Source: Oculina patagonica (Eukaryota). Taken from it: a stretch of DNA of 64,000 bases. Every line of letters starts with the position of its first letter. The first letter of the stretch is position 1. Of this stretch, positions 1-14,191 are shown piece by piece. A program made the position numbers and the translations under genes. The DNA lies in contig NC_135758.1 in assembly GCF_052425735.1 (NCBI RefSeq), positions 36,332,001 to 36,396,000 on the forward strand, given 5' to 3'. The notes under the pieces were generated by a model, which saw nothing but the letters and a program-made list of their open reading frames with translations, was not told the DNA's origin and searched no databases.

Positions 1-879
1 TCCCCTAGGCAAGCATCCCCTTCGATCGCGTGATACGATACAGAGGGGGTAACGGCCCGTCTTAAAATCCCAGACAGAGCAGCAAAATCGATGCTATAAA
101 ATTTTAAGGCACACATAGCTTGGCTTTCCGCTATCAGCTGACCTGCCCGCCCCTGGCTCAGTGTCCTGGATTAAACAAGTCTATAAAGGTTACTTATCTA
201 AGAAAGTCATATCAGTTCGAGTGGCATAGAAAATCTGTTTTGTTTTTGAGTCGACTTAATACGGTTAAACCGATTAGTAATAAATACACCAACAGTTATA
301 GACAAACTACTAGTTCCAATGTTCTGTGCACGTATACACAAAACTCAAAGATTTGACAATGATACATCCGAGACAGTCTAAATTTATTCCTATTTATGGT
401 CCTGCGATGGTTTTCATACGAAAACCAGATAAAAGCCTTGCAACTAAAGGAAGTTATCACTTTACCAGGACTGTCAGTTCATGTCGTTTGAACATTGAAT
501 ACAGAAAATGGTTTCTGCTATAAATACACTTAAACTTAAAATATCAATTTACTGAAGACTTGATCCGATTTAAAACTCGTGAAATGATATACCAACAGAA
601 CTGTAAAAATAACCGGCATTAGAACACCGAGATGCTTTAGATTAAGGATAAAAGAAATGGGTTTTAATCCTTTAACTTTATATCTGTTATCTCCCAAGAT
701 ACGCCTAATACCTAATATGATATATAATTTGAATGCAAAAAGCTTGTATATTATATGCAACCAAGACTTAAAACCCTTGGATACCGTTACACCACAACCT
801 TTTGGTCGGCCCAGAAACTGAAGGTGTAAAGTCAGCAGAACAGAGCAAATTAGATGATAGTATGGTTTAAAACTGTGTA

Positions 880-1249
880 GCCGGTTAGCTTAGTTTGTAG
901 AGTGCGGACTGCTGTTCGGGAGGTCGAGGGTTCGAACCCCAGACCGGACCAACACTCAGGGTCACAGATAACTAAGGAGAATGTGCTGCCTTTGTAATTA
1001 CATCTGCAAAAGGTTAGACATTCTAGTCTTTTCGGAAAAGGACGATAAACAGAAGGTCCCGTCTCCTGTATCCTCAGTATTGTAGCAGGGGACGTTGAAG
1101 AACCCACATGCTATTCGCAAAGAGTAGGGCACGAAGCTCCCGGTGTTGTGGTCTGGTCTTTGTGTGTAGTAGATTGCAGTGTGTGTACAGTTCATTTGAT
1201 CATATAAATACGGAAAAAGCGCTATATAAATGCTTTATTGTTATCATTA
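880..1249 (+). mobile_element. tRNA-derived SINE with Deu/Nin-like core and L2-like tail
   Basis: A-box (TAGCTTAGTTTGTAG) and B-box (GGTTCGAACCC). The central ggacgttgaagaacccac..ttcgcaaagagtaggg..cccggtgt resembles the Deu/Nin domain from memory. The 3' end aaagcgctatataaatg is followed by (tta)-like repeats. Confidence 0.7.
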
Positions 1250-1920
1250 GCACCGCTGTAATGAAAGAAAGTTTCAAGTCCACTGACCTTTTGGGACTAC
1301 TGTGTCCCTTGTTTAGTGGAAATAATCGTTACAGTCAAGAACAGGGCAGAAAACAAAACCCAGTCCGACCCAGAGAGTAAGAACAATTATAAATGAATGT
1401 GGCAATTCAGCAGTTTCAAAACGGGTAAGCTAAAACTCTGATCATAATTATATGATGTTTTGTCATGCATAATCTCGGATCTTGGGTAGAAACGCGATAC
1501 TGGGTAAGTTTAAATTGACCCATTTGCGGATAATCCGTGTAAAATAATGATCATTATGATCTTAACATAAAAATTCCAGTTTCACATTTTCAAGATAACG
1601 TTTCCTATTGCTTGTGCTCTTTCCAAATATCACTGAGACGCACCCAAAATTTAATAGCTTTTAGGACTTCCAGCGGCTACAATAACTTCCCCTACAGTCC
1701 GTTTGAAGGAAAATATATCGATTAAAATTATCGTCTCTCCTTTTGCTGTCTTTGCTCCTCACTGCAAACTCTTTCAGTTCACTTTTGTCAAGGGATCTGG
1801 GATTTAACAGCTTTCTGATCTTTGTTACAATATACCGTGGAAACAGCTCAAGAATGAAGCGGAACTGAGATCTTACAGCAAGCAAAAGGTGGTTTCAGCC
1901 TTTGTTTATTGTCCTGAATA

Positions 1921-2219
1921 TACATACACCTGATTGAAGAAACGTTGACCCTTGAAAAGCCTAAACGATAAACTATGCGACCCAAATGTTTACTGGGAAA
2001 TAGGAAAAAGTAATCGTCTTCTGTGACAGAATGAAAATTATCATACGACAGATTGCATAAAACATGCTTTTAAAGCTCTTAAAGAAAATATTGCCTTGAT
2101 TATAAATAAATGGAATAGTACTAAGCTTACCAATGCTGTCTACCCTTAATCCCATTCGGTCTTATCGTTCATGGTTTGAGCTTTTGACGGGTCAACGTTT
2201 CTTCAATCAGGTATATACA
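1921..2219. mobile_element. MITE-like element with ~40-bp terminal inverted repeats
   Basis: acctgattgaagaaacgttgaccc (~1928) is the reverse complement of gggtcaacgtttcttcaatcaggt (~2189). Confidence 0.55.
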
Positions 2220-2306
2220 TGCAGAGTTGTTCTGTGCCCCCTTGACAACAATCAGGGCTTTCATTTCGATATTCAATGGTGCCTATTAGAGGGGAATACA
2301 ATTTAG

Positions 2307-2495
2307 GTAGCAGCTGAAAGTGGGCATGACGATGTTGTTAAAGTTCTTAAAAAGTTCTATACAAAATGTTAAAAAGCAGGCACAAATGTAGATCGAATCG
2401 CTGTTCAGCATGCTGCAGAAAATAACAGACTTAAAGTAGTGAAATTCCTTGCAGAAATGGGTGTCAAAGATGGATGCCTGAAATACGAAGGTTAG
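2307..2495 (+). pseudogene. Degenerate ankyrin-repeat fragment
   Basis: Frame reads VAAESGHDDVVKVLKKFYTKC*KAGTNVDRIAVQHAAENNRLKVVKFLAEMGVKD: two ankyrin-like AA..(G/N)...VVK.L motifs with an internal stop. Confidence 0.55.
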
Positions 2496-4583
2496 GAGAG
2501 TCCGTGCATGGACATGAGATCTCGATGACCCAGCAGTAATGAAATTCATCGCCGGACTTGGATGATCTTTCGTTTCAAACAATCCCCAATCGCTTATCAT
2601 TGCGATCTGTGTTCAAAGATTAAAAACATGTTCTGTACACTTGCACAACAAACCGTCCTTGTAAATGACATTCTGGTTAAGAATCATTGCTTATGAGGAA
2701 AGTTAGGATTTCTCAGAGTTTGTTACTCATTAAGTCATCGTTGTTTCAGTGTACTGACATCCACTGATATTGCTGGCTATCCTTCCGTTTGTAGTGCGGT
2801 TAAAATGAAATAAAGATATCAAGCTGGAGGCATTTAAATCGAATCATCAGTCGAGTTGACAAAGCTTGACAAATATCGTATATTCTTCGTAAAACGGTGC
2901 GTTGCCCCAAAAATGAATTCGGTAACTATAATTTCTCAGGTTTGTTATATAGGTCGCATTGCTAGTCGTTTTACAAAAAGCAATTGTTTAGCGTCGTCAC
3001 ATACAGTAGTCAGTATCGATATGTCAGATAGGCAGCTTTGATCTCTTTGATTCGTCTATCTTTTATTTGATAATGGCCAGTTTCAGAATCCCAATTACCT
3101 AACCGCTCATATCCTGAGCTATCTTGAGCTCATACGGTCTCATATACACGTTGTTCTTATGCCCGGGTGTTTATGTTGAAATCTCTCAGTAACATTCGAT
3201 TGAATACAGTGTGACTATTACTACGTTTTGCATTTTCCTCCCGTTTCACCTAACCTTAGCTCAACACAACTCAGAACGGTATAGTCAGCGACACTTGCGC
3301 TCGTCGCAGCGAACCGAATTATACTCAAATATATTATATTATCTTAACGCCTTGATTTTACAAGCTTCTTTGAATTTACTTACCTTCATATATCACCGTT
3401 CGTCTGCTAAGCGAGTTGTGCACGGTGCTATCTAGCAAGCCATGGTGAATATACAAGGTATTACTTAATCGTTAGCATGTGATAAAGATATGCGATTATC
3501 AGTACATCATAAAGATGACACGCGGCTTCCGTTAGAAATTCAAAGAATTAGGTATGGGTCGCACTTGGAAAAGTTTTGCCAGAATTTGTTTACTTTGCGG
3601 TGAAAATCTGTCATCAAAAATTAGACATGATTCAGTCGCCCGCCCGCGCATATCCGGGATTAATAGCTCACTTAAAAGAAGGGAAGCAGGAAGTTTTTTT
3701 ACACAGCGAAAGTGCAAGAAGTTTTTTTACACATTGAAAGTGAAATTGAAAACTGAAAACTGACAGATGCAATGTACATTTATAAATTATTTATCGAATG
3801 CAACCCTAATGTTTGACTGAGTGCATTTGTATGCGGCCAAACAAAATCTCGATTGCAATAAATTTCACCGAAAATAAAATGTACTGATTGAAGAACATTT
3901 TAGAACTATAACGACGACAACATCCGCATAATTGAGACAAAAACCAACCGGCGTAAGACGGGCGCGTGCTACAACGGAGATAAGTCGCCGCATTGGGCGT
4001 TGTATGTCTGTAATTACAATCAGATTTGTTTTTACAAGGAAGTGGGTCATTTTTAATTGTAAGTTAAAAACAACTTTTTTACACTGAATCACGCAATGAC
4101 GAGTGGACTGGGAATAGTCCACTTTATACAAAATTCACATGGAGCTACATCCGGGACCCTAGTGACATATTTCGATATCCCCGCAGTTTATCCCCGCTAG
4201 TGCTGATATCGTTGACGTCATTTCTCACCTTTGTTTCAATTCTTTTCACTTTTACGGGCTTTTTGGCTTCATAATGAAAAGAAAATTACATTATTATTTC
4301 ATGGTGAAAGCAATGTTTTACTCATTCGCCGCGCTTGTTCGTGAAATACTTTTTTACCACACCAAAATAAAATTCATACCTTCGCGCCGACGTGTAACCT
4401 CAAGTTACTACTGAGGTAAAGGGCAGTTTTCAATAAAATGTCCTAAAACATTGCTCTGGGTAATCACAAAGGAAGCTAATAATCCAGTGAACCAATCACT
4501 TAAAAAGATTGCGTGTGCGGCTGTACATTTTACCACAATACCTTGCAACCCCAACACAGTCAATTTAACAAATTGACATCAGT

Positions 4584-4743
4584 TTTTTATGCGTCTGTCC
4601 TGTTATTGATGATAAATTGCGTCATAACATTGTCAAAGTGTTGTAGATCCACGAGCCGCTAGGCCTAGGCGAGTGAATCTACAACAAACTTTGACAATGT
4701 TATGACGCAATTTATCATCAATAACAGGACAGACGCATAAAAA
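4584..4743. repeat. Near-perfect ~160-bp palindrome (fold-back element)
   Basis: Arm ttttatgcgtctgtcctgttattgatgataaattgcgtcataacattgtcaaag is followed by its reverse complement around a central ctaggcctag. Confidence 0.8.
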
Positions 4744-5316
4744 GGTTGCAATAGTTTCTTAAGTTTTAACCGATACATTTTAGATGATTTCCTCATTGAA
4801 GACTACTTGTTTTGTGGAATAATTCTCGCCTCATCAAGAATACAGCGCTAAATCACTGCTAAAAAGTTTGACAAAACCTTCGCTGATTGCGTCAGCGATG
4901 AGTTTAATGCGTCTGTCCTCTTATTGACAATGAAAATTAGTCAATCAGTGCGCGAGTATTCGCTCAGTTATTGTAAAAAGAAACATAAAAAAACATATTT
5001 TTTCTGAAATTTGTCCCTGTACTAACAACAATGCTTATGCCAAGTTTGAAGTTTTTAGAACTTTTACGTTCGTTTCTGTAAGTGTCTTTAGGTTTTTTGT
5101 GTGCTAAGAATTATGTGTAAATGTACCAGTCGCCATCTTTTTGTGTTCCGTTTTACTTCTGCAGATTGTCCAGATTGGATGAGGAAGTGACAGAAGCCAA
5201 ACACTACGCGTAGAAATGCAAAATCCAAAGCAAACGCGAATTGCTTTTGACACTCAAGAGAAAGAAAACCCACGCTTACTACTCAGTATAAATACTGTAT
5301 AGACTTGGTTACTACT

Positions 5317-5601
5317 TAGAGCAGTTTTCAATTGAGTGTCGTAAAACCAAAACCAATGTAATTACTTCGGCCAATCACAAAAGACACGGACAATCCAGTC
5401 AACCAATCAAACTCGAAGCAAAAAACATGTAACCGGCACGGAGCGCGGGAAAACGTGCGCGAGCGAGTCACGATTGGTTTTGGTTTTAGTTCTGATTGGC
5501 TGAGAAAGTGGCGCGAGATTTTAAAACCAATCACTGAGCGTAGTAATTCAAAACCAAAGCAAACGCAATTTACTTTTGACACTCAAGTGAAAACCGCTCT
5601 A
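5317..5601. mobile_element. MITE with TIRs TAGAGC(A/G)GTTTTCA.TTGAGTGTC
   Basis: Left end tagagcagttttcaattgagtgtc; right end gacactcaagtgaaaaccgctcta; internal ccaatca repeats. Confidence 0.7.
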
Positions 5602-8600
5602 GTATAGATTTGGTTTTGACTGTCCAAGTGGTAATGACTCATCTATGAATCAACAAACATTACGAACCATCTCCTTCCCTTCGATCGCTCCCACCGTACC
5701 TACCATTCCTCCCCTCCCCATCCCCCCCACACACTCGAGGCCAGACAAAAAACAGAGAAGTGAACATTCTTCCGATAATAAGTCGCTTCGAATAAAAGCC
5801 AAAAAAGACTTTTGTATGGTTTTCATACGCATGCGTTATGTTTAAAGAATTCTGATTTACAGTTTTACAACCAATCTGCATTCGATATTATATGCACCTA
5901 AATTTTTCGTACGCCCAGTTGGGCCAAATCCGAGTCACCTTTTGCCTCTGTTTCAAAACGAGTCTTCGTGCAAAACCAAGTTGATATGAAAATGAATTCA
6001 TATGAAAAACCCAACAAGTTTTGAAACGCAAAATACCTCCTTGTCATCAAAAATAAATCCAACTAAAAATAATCCTACTAAAAGAATGCCTTTTAAATAA
6101 AAATAAATGTAAGTCAAGGGCTTTTAAACAGAATCTTACAGTATTTAAATCTTGGATTGCCAGTGATGCTTAGCCTAAGTATATACTATTTAATGCGCAT
6201 GCCATGCTAAAAAAACCCTTTTCAAGTAAAATTAACCCCTTCGTGCGAAAACTTGACCAGAATTTCAGTCGTAAACTGTAACATGGACTAAGATCTTTCA
6301 ATAGAAAAACTACCACAATACTAAGGTGGCTGTTCCTAGCCAAAACTGGCAACCCCTGTTTTCGATACAAGTTCAACTGCAAATAAAGGTCAGGAATTTA
6401 GCAGGGTGAGATTACAACAAAGCTAAACAATTTCCTTTCCCTGCTGTGGGATCAGTTGTATGCCTGAGATAAATATAATCCGAAATGAGAAAACTTCTAA
6501 AATTAAATCAATTTAATCAAAGAGAACTGTTACACTAATACCGCAAAATATGCGAGCACAGAAGCTGGCAAAACCGTGGGACCTTAACGTCAAGTGTAAA
6601 GAGCTCTTCTGAGTTGAAAAACTCATGCGTAGTTTTCTCCCAGGTTTACTTCGTGCATCAGTCGAACGTTGACTGATGACTTTAACTAAGAAAATTGGTA
6701 AAACGAAATACCCAGGGTGCGTGCAATCATTTTAAAAAATCAACAAACGTTGACTGCCGTGCATGTGGCTAAAATAACAAGTGCTGTTAGCAGTAGCTAT
6801 TTTTGTGTTCTCACTTTAAAGATTATCTTGTTTATACGAACAATTTTAGTTTTAAACTGCGCGCAGGATCAATGAAACTTACGCTCCGCGGCAACTGCAA
6901 AACAGGGATCCGGGATGACGATTGGAAAACAGCTTACTGAGAAAGAATGCTGTGAGGCCTGATTGTGACGCAAACTGAAGCATTTAAAAACTTTTTGGTT
7001 TTTAGGACATCCCAAGTTCCAGTTTATTAAGGGGCTCGCTCAACTCCTGAAAGCCACTGGCCTGTGTATCGTTTAATATCTCATTTCCTTCGTAGAAGAG
7101 CTATAGACGGGATGAGTACTAAAGAAAACATACCGAGCATAACTCCATCGACCGAATGGACCATAGATCGGCTAACAAACTTGATGTGTCCTCTATTCTG
7201 GTCTTCTGTTCTAGAACATTCTTTACGAAAAAAATTGACCGAGTAATTAGTGCAACTAAAAATATCAGAGGAGTTGAAACCGGAGAGATTGATCTGAAGA
7301 GAATTCGAATAATTTCTCATTAAAGTAGCTTTAGTGGACTCTCTACTTGGCATAGAATAGCAAATTAGACTCACCGAGTTCAACAGGGAACTTCCATTGA
7401 AATTAAACCCATGCAGGTTTTCTTGCATTCTTTGGGATTTACGAAGCGTACAAAACGAGTTGCTGGAGACTACGGCAGCATTATTATTCTACAATGTTTT
7501 TTTTTAAGGGTATGTCGACTTGGTACTATTAGTAATAGTATTGACTAGATGACAGATCTGAGACCAGTACAGACATGGAACACCGGTGTCGAAAATAGGG
7601 CGATCTTTGCCGACGTCATTGTTTACATTTTGCCTTATTAACATACGACTTTTCTTATAGAACGCATCATGCTATACACAGAGTGACTCTAGATATATCA
7701 AGAGCTTGTAAAACTTAATTATCGGCGAAATTTTAAGATCTTTGCGTGCAATATTCAAGGAGATAAAAGCGTTCAAAAACTGCAAAATTTCTGGGTGGCA
7801 AAAGCGCTAATGAGCACATACATTCTTTGTCAAATATCAAGTTTTCAAACCTGCGTCACAGAAAAATTGTTCAATACATCGGACTCAAATTTATAGCTTA
7901 AGTTATTTGTACCATGCACTTTCAATATCCGGAATTGATTTTTTTGTAGCTCGATCAGAAAGCGAAGCGGATATGCTAATGAGACAAATATACTTTCGAG
8001 TTGTCTTTCCCGTTCGTTAATCGTTGCACGGGATGGACCGAGAAGCGCAACTGTCTTTTTTGAAATGATGTAACGTGCGTTTTGCTCAAGCAGATAAAGC
8101 GATCTGACCGGTTGCCGTCTAAGAAAAACTCCACGAATAAATCCTGGCATGGAATGAAAACGTCCATTCACATTGATATTCAGAGCCGGAAAAGTAGTTC
8201 TGCTTTACGAGGAATTCTAAAGTGTACTCTGATCACTTACTTTCTACTTTTCGGCGAAGGATTGAAACCTTCAATGCGCTATAACCCTTCAATACTTTCG
8301 GACAAGTTTTGTGATAGCTGTTAATATAGACCTGAGGTGCTCGTTTTCAGCGGGAACTTAACCCTAAGGTGCTCGTTTTCTTAGGAAACTTTAACCCTGA
8401 GGTGCTCATTTTTGAGCAGAAATTTAACCCGAGGCATCATTGTGAATAAACCTGCTAAAGTTTCCATGGAAACGGTACATGGCTAATCGTGATATGTTAT
8501 GAAATATGACGTTTAAACCTATTAATTCAGTGAATAACTTGAAGTTTCCTGCTCTAATCGACTTGATTTTTGTAAGGACAAGATTTACCGTAGATCCTAA

Positions 8601-10246
8601 GCGATTGTGTTTAATTCGTGCAGTATGTGGTAGGTAGCATGATCACTCGAAGTGCGGTTACGACGTGCGGTTGCGAACTTTTCAACCCTACATTAAAGTG
8701 ATTTTAAAATGCGTTAATCGCATTATCACGTGTCGGGTTTAATCGGTATCCGGTCAACGAGTTTCTTAATCCACTCAACGCAACATACTTTTCAGCTTGG
8801 AATCATAGGTGTTATACGCGTGCCACAATGACAAAAACGTGACCAATGAAATCGATTAACAGAAGATAGCAGGGTACAAAGGGATTGTGGAAGATGACGG
8901 AATATTATTTGTATTCTATTTCCGGCACAGTGGGAAACCCAATCTTGTGCACGATGAGGAGACCTGGCAAATACCTTGCGTTTTTCACATACCATTGATG
9001 ATTTTTTTTAATATTTTGTAGTACGGTAATACCAGTAGAGCGGTTTCACCCCTATTCAAACTAACGTCCGAAAAGAAACATAAGCAGCAACAATTTGATG
9101 AACTGTTGATAGAAACACCCCACCCCCACCCCCACCCCTACCACATCCCGGAAGGTAGCTAAGTATTGATTGATGTGTGCCGCTGGCTCAGTTGGACCGT
9201 CAATAGAAGCCGTGAATAACAACGCGGAAAAAAGAGAAATTAAAATAATATGAATTATTCATGTGTTATACCTCTGTTTGCATTAGTTCATTCGCTGTGG
9301 ACGTGTTTGTAAACTACACCTGACCTGAATAATACCTTGACAACTCCCTACAGGCATTTTTGGCGGGGAAATCGCACAACACGCGCCCGTTCCAGAACAG
9401 AGGAGATTCGGGGTGTGAAAAAACTCGGTTAAAGATAAAAGGCACTTCGTTCCTTTGTGAACACACCACGAGTGCATTAACGGAAAGCTCGTTAAGTAAT
9501 GCCCCTTTACAAGCTACAGATTTTAAGAAGAAAGGTCTTGCATAACTCAAACATTACTTACGTTTTGATTAAAATTTGTGTCTTCACTTGCACGAAAAAA
9601 TCAGCCACTTGAGTCAGTCATGTATGCTAACTTGTTAATGGTATCTATGGGACACTTTGGTGAATGCTAGAACCCACAAGATTAAAAATATACGCCCTCT
9701 CATTGGCTAAAACTAGTCACATGGTACAGTTGTGAGTTGTAGCATTTCCAGTTCACGTGTATAGTCCACTCCTGTCACGTGCTATTTCAACCAAAATCAC
9801 ATGACTGATGAAGTAACTACCTAATTTTACAGGGCTGGCCATGCCACCACCCGCCCCTTCAAGTAGAAGTATTTTGTGGGAAAACGAATGCTGAAAGACA
9901 TATTAATTCTCGAAGCATTCCTCAACTACACTGAATAATCAAGAAATATTTTTAGATCACTGGTTTTGTTCATTTAGTTATATAGAGTAAATGCTAGAAG
10001 AATGCCAATGTCATCAAATTTCATTACCAGCAGGAATTACTAGTCTCGAAACTTCGAGTTCTTTAATCGGAAAATAAATCTATTTAGGGGACTTAAATGT
10101 TTCGATAAATGAATTTTTACTTAAGGTTGTTAATGGAAGTTTTATTGCACTGATTTCAAGCTGAGTTTTTCCTCGCTGTTACTATAAGGCGACATGTATA
10201 AGCTGCACGAGCGGCTGATTAGTACACCGATCAAACATGGAAAATT

Positions 10247-10674
10247 CCCCGGGGGGTACTCTATATATTTTTGGGTGGGGGTGTGTCGCTGGGACTTCGA
10301 AACCCTTACCCTATACTAGACCCTGTTCAGCTGATTTCGCAACCCTTTACTAGACTAAACACCGAAAATCGCTACCCTATCCCAGACTTGCCATTTTCAG
10401 AACTGTGTCACTATTTTTGTTTTAAATGGAAAACCATCTGTCAACAACGTTGCCGCGATGATTTTTTACGTTTAAGAAGGGTCTCTTCCGAGTTTCTATT
10501 CCTATTCTGGACTTAATTCCTCATACTACTGATCAGTTTTCCGGCAAATGATTCCCTATTCTAGACCAAAACTCGCTGATTTCTATACCCTATCCCAGAC
10601 TAAACTGCTTGAAAACCATACCCTTCACAGCGGCACATACCTATATAGCTCATGTATGGGAGTGCCCCCCGGGG
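10247..10674. mobile_element. Non-autonomous DNA element with CCCGGGGGG(T/C)ACTC termini and internal accctat repeats
   Basis: TIRs cccggggggtactc / gagtgccccccggg. Related copies at ~14192-14640 and ~62487-62915. Confidence 0.65.
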
Positions 10675-11764
10675 AAAATTCCCACACAGCTCTCCCTGTC
10701 CAACAGGAAACCATGAACATGATTGATGTCAATCGCCACTGGGTACGAGTTGGACGTTGTGTACATAGGAAACTGACTAACCGCAAAGTAAAAGATCTCG
10801 ATTTCAAAGCGGCTTTTGGCAGCGAAAAACTTTCTCCTTCATTATCAACAAGTGACAAGTACGTGCAGCGACCGTGCAGCTCGTCTCCAGTCCCCTCTTT
10901 CCAATTTCTCACAATCAGGCTCCTGTCTTTCATTGTACACTTACTATAAGTTTACTTTTCACCTACAACATGAACAAATAGCGATGACATAAAAAATCGC
11001 TAACTGAAGATCGCCGAACTCAGTCTTAAATCGAAAATCCACTAAATTAATAATCTTGGAAAACCAAATGTGTGGGCAAAACAAGTACCCACAAAAAGTT
11101 GATTCCCTAGAAATCAAGAATATGTTATCATAAGCCAGATTCAACCGTAAAAGCAAACAAGACTAATTTAATAAAAGCGTTTCGCCCCACCCAGCCGCCC
11201 TCTAAGCCGATTTGCTTAGAGCTAGAGTACAGAAGTCCAGAGTGTGTGTTTTAGTGCACGCTCAATCTTGCTATCCTGGGCGTAAAACCGTGTTTATATA
11301 ACCCACAGTGACTACTGATCACGTCCCAGTTTGGTTCTTAAATTGCAACAGTAACATTTTCTAATGTGTAGTTCAAGCTTTTACAAGGTTTACACTGTTT
11401 ACAAAGTGTAGTAGCCTGTTGCGAGAAGGAAATTCTTCACGACAGAAAAACGAAGAGGGTGAGACAATTTAGCCGACTGGAAGTTGCTCAAAACCAACTT
11501 TGTGTTTCCGACATTTTCGGATATGCGGTTTGTGTTCGACATGTTCTAGGTTTGTGAGTCATTTTTGTTCGAAAGCTCATCTGCACTTATCTGACTTATA
11601 TACCACCATATAATACCAGTTTAAGGAGGCAGCTGACCCAAAGAAATCGAGGTCGAGATGAAAGCTTTTTAGGGACTCTGTGAGCTACAGTCCCCCCGGG
11701 GCTACAGTAAAGATAGTATCCCATTACAGACCTCTTTCTAAAAAAAAAAAAAAAAGGTCAGCTT

Positions 11765-12074
11765 CGAGCCAAAGTGGGCCGCATACTGCCGGGATGAAAG
11801 AGCTTATCCCGGTTTCCTTAGCATTAAGCAGCTAGGAGTATTTCTACTCCCCCCTAGATGGGATGCTAGTCCATCGCAGGGAACCCCCCAGCATTATTTC
11901 GCCGGTACCCATTTATACACACTAGGTGGAGATTTGAGGCACTATGAGAGCTAAAGTCGTTTTGCCCAAGAACACAACACTGTGACCCCGGCCAGGGCTC
12001 GAACCCGGAATATAATAGTTTGTGCCGCTCGCTGCCGGAGTGCCGGCGCGCTAACCATTAGGCCACCGCGCCTC
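11765..12074 (-). mobile_element. tRNA-derived SINE
   Basis: Minus strand starts gaggcgcggtggcctaatggttagcgcg (A-box), then gggttcgagccc (B-box) and a core cttgggcaa..aaatgggtacc. Related copies at ~20170-20410, ~37560-37740 and ~44040-44280. Confidence 0.7.
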
Positions 12075-13935
12075 GGGCCAAGACCTCTTTCTAACTCTAC
12101 TGAACTCATAGCAAGATGGAGAAGAATATTCAGTTGTATCTGGTGGTTGAACCATTCAGCGAGTTGAAGCTGTTGCAATTTCAGGCTTATTTCACAAGCT
12201 TATTTTCTTTAGAACACACAATGCACAGCACACCCCACCGCAAACTATTTCATAATGACCAAGTGATGCGAGTTTGCTGGTTGATTGTCTTGCTTTTTGT
12301 ACCTCGACAAAAGATCTAGAAAGCCCATGGCCAATGCTGCTACATTGTGAAGATTCTAGTTCCATATGGATAAATGAGCGTTCCTTTCTCAAAATGATCC
12401 GCCGGATCTCGTTTGTGCATGTTTCAAGTTTACTCCTGACTCCTGGTACTAATTATATGATACGGTAAATAATAAATAAAATATTACCTTTAAATTAGCT
12501 GCTAAGATACTTGCTTTTTTCTCCTACTTTCTTTCCACGTACAATACTGGCGAGATCACTAAATGCAGTCCCTCACTCGAAACCGAAATGTCAAGCTTTG
12601 GAGTTCCAGATCTTACTATTTAATACCTTCTGGGTAAAGACACGGGAAGTATGCCTTATCCAAATTTATACGTAACGGATATAGAATGTAGAAACACCTA
12701 GGCAACTAGGCACTAGGCAACGTATTAGCGATCACGTCCACTTAGACGGATGGTAATTAAAAAAATGAGGAAAAATTATCGGGCGTGCTGCTGTTTTTTA
12801 ATATTGTTTATCCTACGAACATTTAGTTTTTAATGGCTACTGAATGGGATTTCCATGAAAACGTATTGCGTGTGCCCACGAAAACACGAAAGAAACAAAG
12901 GCAAAAAAAATATCGATACGTCAAGGAGTGGTTAGTATATGCTCAGGTGATACTGGCTGCTTAGCTTCTTTAATATCTATGGACGAGATTTAGACCACGA
13001 GCCTTCCTTCCACTGAGACGCACCTTTATCCTGCTACACTCTTATTTTGCACGCAACTTCTTCAATTTCTCCTTGTTCAGCACTACTTCTGCTTCATCAA
13101 GTTTATACATCATGCGTCAAGCTAAAGGGTCTCAGGAAAGCTAGATGAAGGTATTGACCCTTTGAGGTGGTCTTCCACTCGGAAAGTCTGAAAGGTTTGG
13201 ATAAAAGGGCTATTATAATAACAGCAATAATGTTATTTGAAGTGGTTTTAATTTTCTTTTTCTCGCGGTTATATGCATGCATATTAGATGAAAGAAATGC
13301 GTACGCTGCAACGCCCGTGGCAAAGGTTGTTGGCAATCTGACTTTTTAAGCCCTTACGAAAGTGTCACATTTCTATTTTTTTCAAATTCTGCTGTATGAT
13401 GAAGCCTTGAAGTCCGATAATAAGTCAAACAAATAATGACAAAAATTTCAGAGAGGGGGAAGGGGGAGGTCGGATTACTTAAATGACATGAAAAAGCTGG
13501 GATTTTTGAGGTTTAGTCCTTAGAGATATTAGCGACCTTCAGATTGGACTACGAGTACGAGATTGAGTACGAGTTTTCAAACCAAATTCATGTGCCTCCT
13601 ATAATCACTTATCCCACCAATCGTATCCCTAACGTTTATATGTGTCTTAGTCAGCAACAGGGAAGAGTAATAGTTTGGGGAATACAATTGTGTCGAAATT
13701 CCAAAGTCGTACTCGTACTCGATCTCGTACTCGTAGTCAAATCTGAAGGTCGCTATTATAGTTAACTCTGACCCTAACGCAACGTCAAAATGATTAAATA
13801 CAGAACATGAAGTACGACAGCCAACGTTCCTAATTTCGATTTTTTTTTTTATTAGAACGTTGTCATTCCATATTCAGCTACAGGAAACTGACTGCGAGAT
13901 CCTCACGTGGTTTGTATTTAAACTACCTTAAACTA

Positions 13936-14060
13936 AACGGGAACGTCAGTTGACGACGGCGCGCGCATTAAAAATGCCCATGTATGGGTGTTTTTATGCG
14001 CACGCTACCCATATATGGGTAGTTTTAATGCGCGCGCCGTCGTCAACTGACGTTCCCGTT
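13936..14060. repeat. Palindromic fold-back repeat
   Basis: aacgggaacgtcagttgacgacggcgcgcgcattaaaa is followed by ttttaatgcgcgcgccgtcgtcaactgacgttcccgtt. Confidence 0.75.
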
Positions 14061-14191
14061 CTCTTGCTAAATCTGTCTATTGTCTCGTACCCTACGCCTT
14101 GTAACCATTATTGCTTCTTTCTTGCCCCGCAAAGGGATTAATAAGTCAGCGACTTGCGCTGAAGCTTTGTGCTTGTTATGAATACAGGGCT

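Noticed and set aside
12490-13200. Coding-like minus-strand stretches (e.g. MYKLDEAEVVLNKEKLKKLRAK*)
   Set aside because: The frames I translated contain stops and no recognisable homology, so a gene call cannot be supported.
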